Shown: positions 38,031 through 49,773 of the stretch, piece by piece
Layout: each line of letters opens with the position of its first letter
How positions within the stretch are numbered: the stretch's first letter is position 1
Source: Takakia lepidozioides
Lineage: Eukaryota > Plantae > Bryophyta
DNA: 64,000 nucleotides
Direction: 5' to 3'
Assembly: GCA_030704615.1 (NCBI GenBank)
Contig: CM060732.1
Span: 32,860,001-32,924,000 of the forward strand
Made by a program: the position numbers and the translations under genes
The notes under the pieces: model-generated
Databases searched by the model: none
What the model saw: only the letters and a program-made list of their open reading frames with translations
What the model was told of the DNA's origin: nothing

Positions 38031-39269
38031 CGAGACGAGCCTCCCCTTCTTCACTTGCTCAACTTATTGCAAGTACCACGATAGTCCACCTCATTTTCTC
38101 TCTATCTTTGAATTTATTTTTCTACTTGTTTAGGGTGGGACGTGCGGGGTCCGCCAGGCTAAGATGTGGATTGTTTTGCTGGTTGTGCAGAGCAGAGCAG
38201 GGAGGCCGCAGCAGCAGGCAGCCCCCACCACTCTTGAAGGTAGGCCAGCTCCCACATTGCATGCTTTGAGAGTAAATGGTTGCTTCTAAAAATGGGCCAA
38301 GGTAGCCATCTCGTAATAAAGGGACTAATGAACGAGAAGAGACGTTCTTCGTAGTCTCAATCTATCTCTTGCAAATCGGACTAGGGACATTGAGAGTCCA
38401 TAATTTACAAGTTAGTGTAAAAGTCATCCTTGAATCTCAACTGATCCTTAAAATGTGCTCATTGATCGCCTCCTATTATGCAATAGGAGATTGGCACCCG
38501 ATGATGCCGGTATTGTTTTTTAAAATAGATCCGTGTTTGTCCCCACCACACCATGTGCTTCCAGTCCTCCAATGGAATGCAGCTTTGGTGTTGTGGCCTC
38601 TTCAATGAATCACCAACAGAGATGGACTTCAATGCATGTTTGGGCATCGAGTATATGAGAGACCTTGGGTCTGTAGTACCTTGGTATCTCTGTAAGTATT
38701 ACCCCATCCACTGTGACCCCTCTCGTTGTTTCATACAGATCATGTCAATGCGCGACTCTCCAATCCCTCCTTCAGATGTTCTTTGCAAGTCCATGCTAAT
38801 TGCCCGATTTTTCTTCCGGACTCTTTATACAAGACTTGCTCCAAACCAACACACTTGAGATGTCCGGCCAGAGTGAGAGATCAGAGGGGGAGGAGGCACA
38901 AGAAGAGCAGGAAGAGAGCTAAGCAAAAATAAGCTACTGCCCGCCGAAGTCTAGTTGTGCCTTGGCCAGGGGGCAGTGTACAAGGTAGTGTTCTATGGAT
39001 TCAATGGCTATTTTATTACAGAATAAGCAGGAGGTCGCCATCTTTGAAGAAGGCAGCAACTGGAAGAATTATGTTGGCCAATTTCCAAAGGAAAGCACTG
39101 ATTTTCGCTGGTCGTTGCTTTAAGCAAAAGCAAGCTTCTAGCTTTTGGCAATAAAATGGGTCAGGCCGAGCTGCAAACGGTATCCAATTCTAACTGTGTA
39201 GCCTAGGAAGGAAATGCGAGCATTGTGCATTCAAGACTACTCCGCCAAGACAAATTGCAAACCACTGAG

Positions 39270-40574
39270 CGGACTGATTGAGGATAAGCCCAGACCAAGA
39301 GCGGATTGATTGAGGATACTACCAAAAACGAAAGTTTGTCGTTGCAATTCTTGCACTCTTCAATCTGCAAAAACAAAAACAAAAAGGAAAGAACAAAAAG
39401 TCGGTGCCGACTTATCTTCGACTATGAACAAAAAATGTGCAGTGGTAGCAATCAACGACAGAGGAGAGGGAGGAAGTGATCTTAAGTGGCAGTGGGGTAG
39501 CCAAGAGATCCCGGTCCTCCCTTCCTACACTTACCTAGGCGTTGAGTTTTCCTCCAATTGTAATTGGGATGCACATATACGGAAAAGTTGTTCAAACTGG
39601 TAAGGGCAAAGCTCTGGGGCACACTAAATTTTTCCACTGCAGAGGGGTCATCTCTGAATTAAGAAAACCATGCTTTGTCAAGTTATTAGACCTGCCTTGG
39701 AGTACGGATCTGCTATATGGGTTGATAACTCCAACCAGGCTAAGTCTCTAGAATCCATTCAAGTGGGGGTGCTTAAGGAGTGTATGTCAGCATGGAGAAA
39801 ACAGCCAATGTGGCTGTTCGGGGGTGAGTTTGGCATCCCATCCTTAAGCTCCCGACGAGATGAATTCAAGGTCAGATGGTGGGGTCAGCTGCAACATATG
39901 CCCAACACCAGATATCCTAAGTTGATCGACTCTAAATCTTGGAAACAGGACCGCCCTGTCAAACAGACTAAGTCCTGGCAGAAGAGAGTAGAAAAGATTC
40001 TCAAGGACCTGGACCTGGATCCGCAAGTCTTGACCCTGCTGGATAAATCTGCCTTACAGGCTGTAGTGTCTGAAGCCATGTCTGTTGCCATGAGATTGTC
40101 TGATGAAAATGAAGTTAGGCAGAGAACTTCCCTGAACTTGTTTCCAGTCAGTGACATGGGGGTGGACATCTTGGATGACCTAAAGGGTCCACCCACTCTC
40201 GACACTAGACTGAAATTTAAACTCAGGGCAGGAAGCCTACCTTTGAACAGCAAACAGAAGCAGATCGGAAAGGGAGAGTGCAATTGTCCGTTGTGTGGGC
40301 AATCTGAAGACAGTATTCATTTTCTGATACGCTGTCCGGGGTTCTCTCACCAAAGAGACGCTCTCTTCAATTCTATCAAGGGAATTGTGCCTGTACCCCT
40401 GTTTACCAACTTTGAAAGACTCGAGGCTGAGCCAAAAGCCCAGGCCCTCCTGAGGCCTAGTTTTTGGGCAAATCACACACAACAGATTGATGCTTGTGTG
40501 AAGGGATTTCTAGAGGATATCTGGAAAACCCGGATCAATGCTTTATACGAAGGTAAGTCTTACTACCAACATCA
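39270..40574 (+). mobile_element. LINE fragment: RT C-terminal part and CCHC zinc motif
   Basis: YTYLGVEFSSNCNWDAHI, IRPALEYGSAIW, CPLCGQSEDSIHFLIRC; frameshifted; diverges from the 20-kb copy after ~40574. Confidence 0.85.
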
Positions 40575-41018
40575 TAGGGTCATTGTCTGACTCACTGCCC
40601 GGGGTGCTATCACCATATAGACCACCGGATATCCAAGCTATCAATTGAATTGTGTCTGCACCTGTGTTTACAAACATTGAGAGTCTTTAGGCCTTTTGGG
40701 GCTCCGATGTTGGGCTCCGCCATACAGCCATTTGCTGATTGTGTGAATAGATGTCCACTCCCTATGTGCAAAACCCAGATGGATGTTATGTTTCCTGGTA
40801 AGTGTGTATGATGGTACTGATGTGAACCCGCCCACATTATGTTTCTTCACCAATGAATGGCCTTACATGTTATGAGGACATTCTGTCCCTCTCATTTTCA
40901 GTTTTTGGCACTTGCGCTGCAGGGGAGTGGGTTTGAGGTCAGCCAATCCATAGTTGTGGTTGTGGGATCGTTTGTGCTCTGGTGACGTTGTGTTCAGTAG
41001 GACTACAGCTGATGCACC

Positions 41019-41555
41019 TTGTGTGTGGGATGTTTTTGGCAGCGGAAGGGGAGTGAAGCTGCAGCAAAGCACTCACAGCCACCACACAATGCCAACCAAC
41101 ACCAACCTTGGCACCCACCCCCTGCCGCATGGTCTCCACAACAAAGTGCACCATGGGGAGCCCCCCCTGCTTCGGGGTCGTGGCGCTGGCTTCCTGATGC
41201 TGGCACGTCACAATGGGGGCCTCCCACATCTCCATACGGCCCTCCCCCCTCCGGCACACATCAGTCACCCCCCACAACGTATGACGGCGCTGCTCCAGAG
41301 CATGGGGGCAGGAAACGGATATCAGAGCTGAGGAAGGAACGACGCCATGCCATGAAACAATGGGAAGGAGATGGAGAGGGAAGGGTGGCTGCAGGGCTAA
41401 AGCGCCACAAGGTGGAGGTGCATGGAAATGGAGTCATCAATGTTGGCTGCGAAGGTAAGGAACACTGGCAGCGTGATTTGCGTGGCCTGGCATTGCGTTA
41501 CCTTGACTCAAGCATACAAGACATTGACCAGCAGTCCAAGAGTGCCATGTCAACA
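41019..41555 (+). pseudogene. 5' part of a CACTA TnpA/Ptta-like gene interrupted by the MULE insertion
   Basis: The ORF ends ...WQRDLRGLALRYLDSSIQDIDQQSKSAMST at the TSD and resumes in frame at 55219 (VIEGINGMYEY...). Confidence 0.6.
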
Positions 41556-41720
41556 GGAGGTTTACTATTTCATGAGCGCATGAGCCCATGAGCCTATGAG
41601 CCTATGAGCTCATGAGCGGGCATCCGCGGAATTGGAATTTTCCTGCCTTTATTGACGGTGTTATGTCCTCTTACCTCGGTAATAGGGTCTGTTTCTCCTG
41701 GTCCAGGATGCGGAATGAGG

Positions 41721-42000
41721 AATTTCGGCGCCGTTATTCCCAAGAGCAGTGTGCTAAAATGGTGTTTTGAAGACATCCACCGGGGTATTTCGGCACCGAA
41801 ATTACCTCTTAAAATGTGATATAGTGCGGTATTTAAAGGCGCAGAACGGGCAATTTCGGCGCCGAAATACCCAAGTGGAATGTGGTGAAGTGTCTTGTGC
41901 TGAAGGCTTCCATCGCAATATTTTGGTGCAGTAATTCATCCGTGGAATTTTTGAGGCCCATATAACGAAGGCGCAAACTGGGCTATTTCGGCGCCAAATT
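41721..42000. repeat. Left subterminal array of TTTCGGCGCCG palindromic motifs
   Basis: Motifs at 41721, 41786, 41852, 41919, 41984 (65-67 bp spacing, dissimilar spacers). Confidence 0.85.
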
Positions 42001-42352
42001 TCCCAATAGGAATGTTAGAAACGGCAGGGTTTTCATGGCTTCAAGTTCCCGGGTCGATGGTGTGCATAAATTACTTGTAGGGTTCTTCACTGAAGTTTGC
42101 GTCTCTTCTGCTTTTATTATAGATTTTGGTTGGCGGAAGAAATGTAGGGAATGGACAAGCAGTCTGAACACAATGATTTTTCAAATCGTCAATATATTCA
42201 TTAAGTGTTTCAGAACTGTACAACAAAAGGATCCAAATGAGACTTTGCTATGGTGAGGATCCGCTATCACTGTCCGATGCATCCCCGCCCTCATGCAAGG
42301 ATGGCTGCCTTCCACCTGCCTCCGAACCTGCACTGCCGCTACCGCTGTTACT

Positions 42353-42865
42353 CTAAGAAGCCCTCCCCTCAAAAATACCATCCTCACCAGCCGGAACTGT
42401 CCACCTGGGTGCGGAAGTGTCCTCGACATTCCCCTCGCTCTCGGACGCGGATTCTATTACGAACTTCCCTACTCTGCCTTTCACAATTCTATGTTTGGCC
42501 TCACGCCTCATTATAATTCTCTGCTCATTCCCGTATGTCAATTGCTCTAACCGAGTAGGCCTATCCTCCCTCCTGATGGCTTCTTTGGCAGCCGTGTCTA
42601 CATAGGCTGGTAGAAAAAAGGGCTTCTGGGGACTCGCGAGAAACGATTTTCTGGCAAAGAATGGCCGATGCGATTCTGTCTCCTCCTCTGCAACGGGGTC
42701 CGATTCGAGCAAGTCTCCCAGCTTCTCCTCGTCGGACGACTCTGCAAGGCTGAGTGTACGCACAAACATAGAATGAAGTACATTAGAGAATTCAAACAGG
42801 GAATCATCGGCAGGTTGCATGGTCCCTACAACCGAAACCAATACACTTACTATGGTGCAACTCAC
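42353..42865 (-). CDS. Hypothetical acidic protein within the MULE
   Basis: 170-aa ORF directly downstream of the methyltransferase gene; no recognisable motif. Confidence 0.3.
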   Translation of the reverse strand: MSCTIVSVLVSVVGTMQPADDSLFEFSNVLHSMFVRTLSLAESSDEEKLGDLLESDPVAEEETESHRPFFARKSFLASPQKPFFLPAYVDTAAKEAIRREDRPTRLEQLTYGNEQRIIMRREAKHRIVKGRVGKFVIESASESEGNVEDTSAPRWTVPAGEDGIFEGRAS

Positions 42866-45800
42866 TCGAAGACAGGCATTGGGGGAAGCGGCTTCGGGCG
42901 CCCCTGCATCGAACGAATTTCCCGGACTTCCTCCTCTTCATCTTCCTCCTCTCCTTCCACGTCCTCTTCTGCGTTTTTGGGATCCTCAGTCGGAGGCAGA
43001 CGCTGAAGGCCCGCCAAATTGTAATCGTACAAGGCCGTATCCCCCTCAAATGAGAACACAAATCGGTTCGACATCCTTCCCGCCCACATACAGGCACCTG
43101 CGAATTCATACGACAACCACAGCCAAACTCAAGAATGAGTCGCTTCCTCGCACAAGCAAACATACAGAAACGGAAATGGTGTCAATTTCGGTGCCGCATT
43201 CAATTAACGTTCTCACCTGTATTTGCAGTGACGTCAAGGACCCTGCCTTCAACATCCGTACACGTTTCCATGAGCGTCTGGATGAATGCAGGACTCCTGG
43301 TCCTGCCATACCTCCATGGCTTGCCCGACAAATCACAAAGAATGTCCTTCTCTCCCACATGGTTGAACAGGACGTTATACTCCAGTGGATCAACTGTGGA
43401 ATCAACAAGTCTTCCTGCTTCACGTAATTTGAATTTCGAATGTTCCTTCGCAAAATGCCTGAAAGATAAGAGTCTGCAGAGAAGGAAATGAAAACGTCAG
43501 AGGTGGCCTACATGTACAGGGGCAATTTCGGCCCAGAAATTGACATAGCAGAGGAGAACCACAGCATACCTTCTGGCCATCGTTGAGAAGACCCTGCGTG
43601 TTGATGCAAGTCCAGATCTTTTTCAGGATGGGTGCTGCACTTCTCCCCGTCCATACTTTGATATCATTCTCAGTGACTTCTCCATCGGCTGCTAGCACAA
43701 CAACACAGCCAACGTCGTCCAACATGTTGGCTGCGAACCCGAATGTGTGGCTCCAGTATCGTTCGTCGTACTTGTTCCACCAGGGAACTGAGCCCAGCCC
43801 CAGTATCTCCTGCCCATCCGGGATATCCACAAGGATCATGTCGATGGAGGCTTTCACCGCCCTGCCCCCGACTGTGCTCTTTTTGCCGTGGCTCATCGCC
43901 ACAAAATACTCCATCATCTTTGTGTAGCCAGGAGTGTCCTCCATATCATTGCCAGTGGCCTTCCTCTTCCCCTTCCCCGGTGGGCCTCGATCGCCTTCCT
44001 CAAACTCGTTATCTCCAGCCTTCTGGTCAGAGCAGTTAGGAAATTTTCATTAACACACTCCACAATTGTGGGTGTTTTGAGGACTTCCCTGCCCGCAATG
44101 TGCACCGCACGGTAGGGTCTGCCAGGTGCATCCTCGTATAGTGATCTCTTCGCAGCCGACCCCCGGAGCGCTGGCCCTTGTGAATTTTCGGACGAGGTGT
44201 GGCCCCCTGGGTGTTTTCCTGCTGGAAATCGTCGTCGGAATCCTCCTCATCTGGCTGACTGTGTTGCTGCTTCTTCTTCTTGGGTGTGGGGGTCTTCGTC
44301 TCTTGCCCCTGTTTGCGCGTTCTTTTCTTCCTGTCCTTGGGCTGCTCAGCTGCCTGCTTCTCCATCTGCTCCTTCACCAACGCTGCCGCCTTGGCTGACT
44401 TTCTCAGTGCTTTCTGCTTGGCTGCCTCCTCTGCTTTCAGTCTTTCCGCGTCCTCTGGTTGGGGATCCGATTGCGCCTTCATAGCCCTGGCATTCGCTTC
44501 CTTCTTCAAGTTAACCTCCGAGAGGTCAACGGTCCCACTTGGGAGATCCACATACCAGGGGCAGTTTACCAAATGCTCGGCATGCCACTCCTTCGCCATT
44601 ACTTCTGTGTACATCGTTCCACGACCTCCAGGTGTCCTCCACGCCAGGAAGAATGGTGGAACCCTTTGAATGGCTCCGGACGGAATGAGTGCAAAGTTTA
44701 TGTACCTGCAATCACGAGGCAGTTCAACAAAAATCATTCTACCGATGCATCATGCAAGTGGAAGTTGTCAATGCACAAGGTATTTCGGCACCGAAATACG
44801 GAGTGGACCGTGCCCCAATTACCCAGAACTCACATCTTGCAGAGGTATATTTCGGCGCCGCAATATCCATCGCTGCTTAACCAAATCATCTAAACTGCAA
44901 ATAGGGGGATGCATTGTCAGCAGATTACCTGAACAGGACACGCATTGCCGCTTTGTCGGCACCCTCCTGCTCTTCGATGTATACGCTGCTGCGTCTTGCC
45001 TTTGCAATTTCTCTGAAAAAGAGGTTTGCGAAGCGCCCTCGCCACGACTGCACGTAGTTCTCCATTGTCTCAGGCTTCGTCCAGTCGATCTGTAACTTGA
45101 AAGTGGTGGTGTTGCAGTCCAATTGCTCCTGGGCGTGGGTCAGTACCTGCATCATGGCAGGTTTCCAAAACATTCATGATTTTGAAATTGCGACGATGTC
45201 CAACACAGAATAGGAGAAAATTATACCTGATGCCACCAAGTCATGACATTGAGCCAGTCGTTCATTTTGTCGTCTGTTGGCTCGATGGGAAAGTGGTACA
45301 GCAGCTTCGTGTTTGTATGGCCGTTCCAGATTCGCAGCCACCTCGTCTGCAGCCACCTCACATCGGTCAGACAAGAGCTCCAACATAAGAATCGCGAGAA
45401 GTCACAAAACAAGAATAAACACATGCTTACCTTCTCCGCCGGCTCAACACAGGACACTGCGATGTGATGAAGTTTCTCCATGGACATTTCCGGTTTCATG
45501 GGTCTGGAGTAATGCAGTCCTATCTCTGCCAGGAACTCGGCACCAAGACCAGGGTCAGCGATTGCAACTTGCTTAACAAGTTTGGACCTGTACTTGGTTC
45601 GGGATTGCTTCCCTGCCTGCACAATATGACTCTCTATCGACGCGTCCGCCTTGTTGGGGGCATCATTCTCAAAGAACTGCCTTTTGGCATAGGCCAAGTC
45701 ATCCCTGATGTTCGTCTGCATTCCCATACCCAGCAGATACAGTCAGGCCACGGATCCCTGCAACAAATAACATTAAATTGATACTGAAATTTGAGATGAA

Positions 45801-47144
45801 CCTCACCGAATAGAGGATCTCCACCATGGCGTCCAGTGTTGGTCGGTACCAGGTGCGATCTGCTTTCGCTAGGGACTTCCTGTACAGCTCGGGATCGAGG
45901 GACTTTTGGAAGTCCGTCAGCGGAGCTGTCCCCACTTCTTGCACTCTGTAGAGCGTATGTGCCAGATGAGTTTCCACGAAGGCCCTCTCTGTTACCCTGC
46001 CATGGAGAAAAAAAACAACATGAAAATATGATTTCGGCACAGCAATCCAATTTCCAGTTCATAGAGTGCATGACAGTGGTGAACATTGCCTATTTCGGCG
46101 CCGCAATAGGCAGTACACAAGGATGTAATTGTATACTTACAGATTTATATCCGCCATGGCACCCTTCAACAGTCCTGTCCCTGACGTCCACCTTCACGAC
46201 AATGCAGTCCACCATGTAATGCCAACTGATATCTTGCGGATGCATTTCAGCAATGTACTCTGTCCAGGCAAGCATCCTGTGGTTCCCGTCCCAAACGAAG
46301 AACATCTTCCCTTCCATGTGTGCGAATGTGGGATTAGTCTTCAGATAGGCTTCAAACTCGGCATTAACAGTGTGCCAGTGGGGGCCCCAATTCTGAAGCT
46401 CCTCTGCAGTGGGGCCCCTTGTGACACCCTGGTCATTCTCAATGGAAACGTAGAATGCTGCCGACCCCCGTCTGTACCCTTCTCTGAAGTTGTGCTTCAG
46501 TCGATCGATATCCCCTGGCAGTGCTTGCCTTACAACTGGAAGGCTTACCATGCGACACAAAGGAACTTTAAGGTTCTCGGGATACACCATGGAGCCCAAA
46601 ACGCGGCCTATGTTGCTATGAGTCTCTGCCAGCAACCTGTTTGCTGCTATGTTCATGTCTCGTGCGCTCATGAGCATACCCGCCACCAGTTTCTTACTTG
46701 TATCACCTCTGTCACTTCCCTCACCCCTCTCACCAGCCTGTGTACTGTCCTGGAGGTTTTGCTCCTCCGCAAGCTCCAGCAGGTTCTGATCGTCGCCAAG
46801 TCGTACCACGTTATCGTCCTCTCCTTCTGTCAGTTGAATGGGCCGCCCTTCTGCAGATCCGACTCCCACATCTCCAGCGGCCTCCACCGCATCTGTGTTT
46901 TCTGAAATTGACTGCAAACCCAATATCTCCGCTTCCAGTCTCCCTAGGGGTTTTACTGGCGAAGCCATGGGCTCCTTCTGCTTTCTCGGCTTCCGAACTC
47001 TAGGTGGGCTTTTCGGAGGCGATATCTGAGGTGTTGAATGAGGACTCGTCTGCCTCGATGCACTTGTGAGCGCAGCACCCGGGCAGGAGTATCCAAAGTT
47101 GACTGTGTTGCCTCGCCCCCCTGCGATCCCTCCCCAGCTCCCAT
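42862..47144 (-). CDS. Multi-exon gene: ParB/Srx-like N-terminal domain fused to a beta-class N6-adenine/N4-cytosine DNA methyltransferase-like domain; several frameshifts
   Basis: FFVWDGNHRMLAW (DGNHR 46276-46290). Motif IV-like SIDMILVDIPDG (43813-43827), then AANMLDDVGCVVVL. Manual translation of 43460-43217 ends WRYGRTRSPAFIQTLMETCTDVEGRVLDVTANTG (motifs X-I); the last exon reads ACMWAGRMSNRFVFSFEGD (motif II). GT donors near 46140, 45807, 45430, 45226, 43570 and 43216. Confidence 0.72.
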
Positions 47145-47812
47145 GTCAAACAAACAGGAAAACATGAGACACTGCACGCCAAAACAAAGGTGTAAAAGGA
47201 ATATTGCGTATGGAGTGCTTCACATCCGCGAAGCACGAATCTCTCACTGGTGGGCGATCCGAGTCTCCGGATAACGACGTCTGCATTTCATGCATGAGAC
47301 GGAGCTTAAGTCGTGTCGTCGGCGGCTTCCCAAAATCCCGCGTCCTCCTCTTTGCCGGAGTCGCCTGACCTTCCACAAACTCTATGCTACCACTATGCCG
47401 CATAAGGAGAGGAAACGCAGGAGAATGTCACTGCAGAAGGGCAAGGAGCGAGAGAGCCGAAGCGGTGGAACATGCAACCACTATGCACGAGCAGATGCGT
47501 AAGCAGCCACGTCTCCCGAAGCGTTGCCACCGTCCACCACTTTCTGCCGTATGGGTGATGAAGAGATTGTGACCCCTGACACGTTCGCACGGATGAAGTC
47601 GACTGGAACACGACGCGTGCCAGTTCCAGCCACCAGTGTATGACGATTTATCCGAATTGCGGCACCGAAATACGTTCCGTTCACCGGATGCGGTTCCCGG
47701 AGCAGCCGGCATTGAATGAAATATCCGCACATCATGAAACCCAACCGCCATGAAAATCCCCTGCATATGACATTCAACAGTCAGGTCGGTACGTTTCATC
47801 AGCGGACGGATG

Positions 47813-49590
47813 AATTTCGGCGCCGAAATTCATCCTATTCAAGTGCTTTCATACACAAACTTACAAATTTCGGCGCCGCAATTCATCGCTTCCCAAGTCC
47901 TCATTCGTCATGAGCAAACCTGTCAGTGGGATATCGGAGCCGGAATTAATTCCGGGACAACGGAAACGGCTGCACTTCGGCACATTTCATCCATATTTCG
48001 GCGCCGAAATTCATTACGAATATGTCCGTCCGCGCGTAGACGAGGTGAAATCATCCATATTTCGGCGCCGAAATTCATCGCTTCCCAAGTCCTCATTCGT
48101 CATGAGCAAACCTGTCGGTGGGATATCGGAGCCGGAATTAATTCCGGGACAACGGAAACGGCTGCACTTCGGCACATTTCATCCATATTTCGGCGCCGAA
48201 ATTCATTACGAATATGTCCGTCCGCGCGTAGACGAGGTGAAATCATCCATATTTCGGCGCCGAAATTCATCCAGAGCGAAGACTAAATCGGCACGATGCT
48301 ATGCTTTGCCGCCATCATTGCCCCTGACGGATGCTGTCCATGCCTGTTGGACTTGCCATTTCTGGACATTTAACTATAATTTCGGCGCCGAAATTATACT
48401 TTATGTGCGGCAACGTCCCGTGCGAAAAAGACCACTTCATGGATACTGTCGGTTTCAAATGAAAAAAAACGGCTAAAATGCAATTAATTTTGACAGAAGT
48501 GGTTTAATATGCCGATTTCTCCATTAAATGCAGAATATTCCTGTTATATTCGTCGGAACGGGGTATTTCCAACGATTTACGGAAAATTATCATCCAAAAG
48601 CAAAAAGTAAGTGCCGGGTTTGGACGAATTTCGGCGCCGAAACTGATCCATTTCAAAGAAAAATAAATATTGGAGGGAAGGCATTGGATGAATTTCGGCG
48701 CCGAAATCCGGCGCTAAAACCCTGAAAAGAATTTGGAGGGATGAAGTCGGCTGAATTTCGGCGCCGAAATTCATTGCTCGCGAAGGAAAAAAAAATTTCT
48801 GGAGGACTTCGGATGAATTTCGGCGCCGAAATTCATTGCTCGCGAAGGAAAATAAAAAAATTCGGGAGGACTTCGGATGAATTTCGGCGCCGAAATTCAT
48901 TGCTCGCGAAGGAAAATAAAAAATATCTCCTGGACTTGGAATGAATTTCGGCGCCGAAATTCAATGCTCGCGAAGAAAAAAAATAAAATCGGGAGGATTT
49001 TGGTTGAATTTCGGCGCCGAAATTCATTGCTCTCGAAGAAAAAGGAAAATTAAAAGGGAGTACTTGGATGAGATTCGGCGCCAAAGTTCATCTGTCGCAA
49101 AGAAAAATAAAAACAGAAAGGACTTCCGATGAATTCTGGCACCGAAATCCATACGCAGGGCAGCAGAATTAGGGTCGGAAAAGGAGATGAAGAATGAATT
49201 TCGGCGCCGAAATACATCCATTCTGCCGAATCAGGATTACTGTCATTCGGAAGTCGGCACCGATATCCGGACACGTGGTCAATCACGACTGTAATCAGGA
49301 ACACATTTATCCGTATTTTGGCATCTAAATTCAACCCATATGTGCAGATACAATTTAATGAAGAAGAAGTTCATCCGAATTTCGGCACCGAAATCCATCC
49401 GTTGGGTGCTTGGTCAGTTTAATGAGGTAAACAAATTACGATTTCTGTTGCCAGAATTCATCCCTTGGCTTCCAAAGCTGTTACATGACAGAGATGTTCA
49501 TCCAGATTTTGGTGCCGAAATTCATGGGAAGGCCTGATTTATTGTACCCCAAGTGGTTGTACATTACAATTCAGGCACCAAATATCCGAT
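47813..49590. repeat. Central phased array of the 18-bp palindrome AATTTCGGCGCCGAAATT, including a 192-bp tandem duplication and ~63-bp units
   Basis: Motif starts include 47813, 47866, 48627, 48691, 48754, 48816, 48880, 48944, 49007, 49071, 49132, 49197, 49378. The array lies between the two divergent genes. Confidence 0.92.
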
Positions 49591-49773
49591 GTGAACTTGC
49601 TGTTTTCGTCCGTTTTTTTAACGTACGTTACACACCTTCATCTTTACGTGCACTGATCACCCATCATGTTGGATACGGAATCCTCCAGAAAATCATTTGT
49701 GTTATTAGGTAGGACACACTCTTCTCATTGCAGGACTTCGCTGCGGAGCGTACCGAGAGGTCCCGTCTTCAAA

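Noticed and set aside
36500-38950. Protein-coding gene or defined LINE
   Set aside because: Only short stop-riddled fragments; possibly old LINE debris, but no motif I can support.
40593-40604. CACTG as the left TIR of the CACTA-like element
   Set aside because: The match to the 57878 end does not extend beyond 5 bp and there is no 3-bp TSD.
46129-46905. 258-aa plus-strand ORF and similar antisense ORFs over pol and the transposase
   Set aside because: They are shadow ORFs opposite genes with recognisable motifs.
47716-49334. ORFs with repeated NFGAEI or FRRRNS peptides
   Set aside because: They are readings of the DNA palindrome and appear on both strands.
47813-49590. CRISPR array (palindromic repeat with ~45-bp spacers)
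   Set aside because: The repeat is only 18 bp, many spacers are related or duplicated, there are no cas genes, and the context is eukaryotic with spliceosomal introns.
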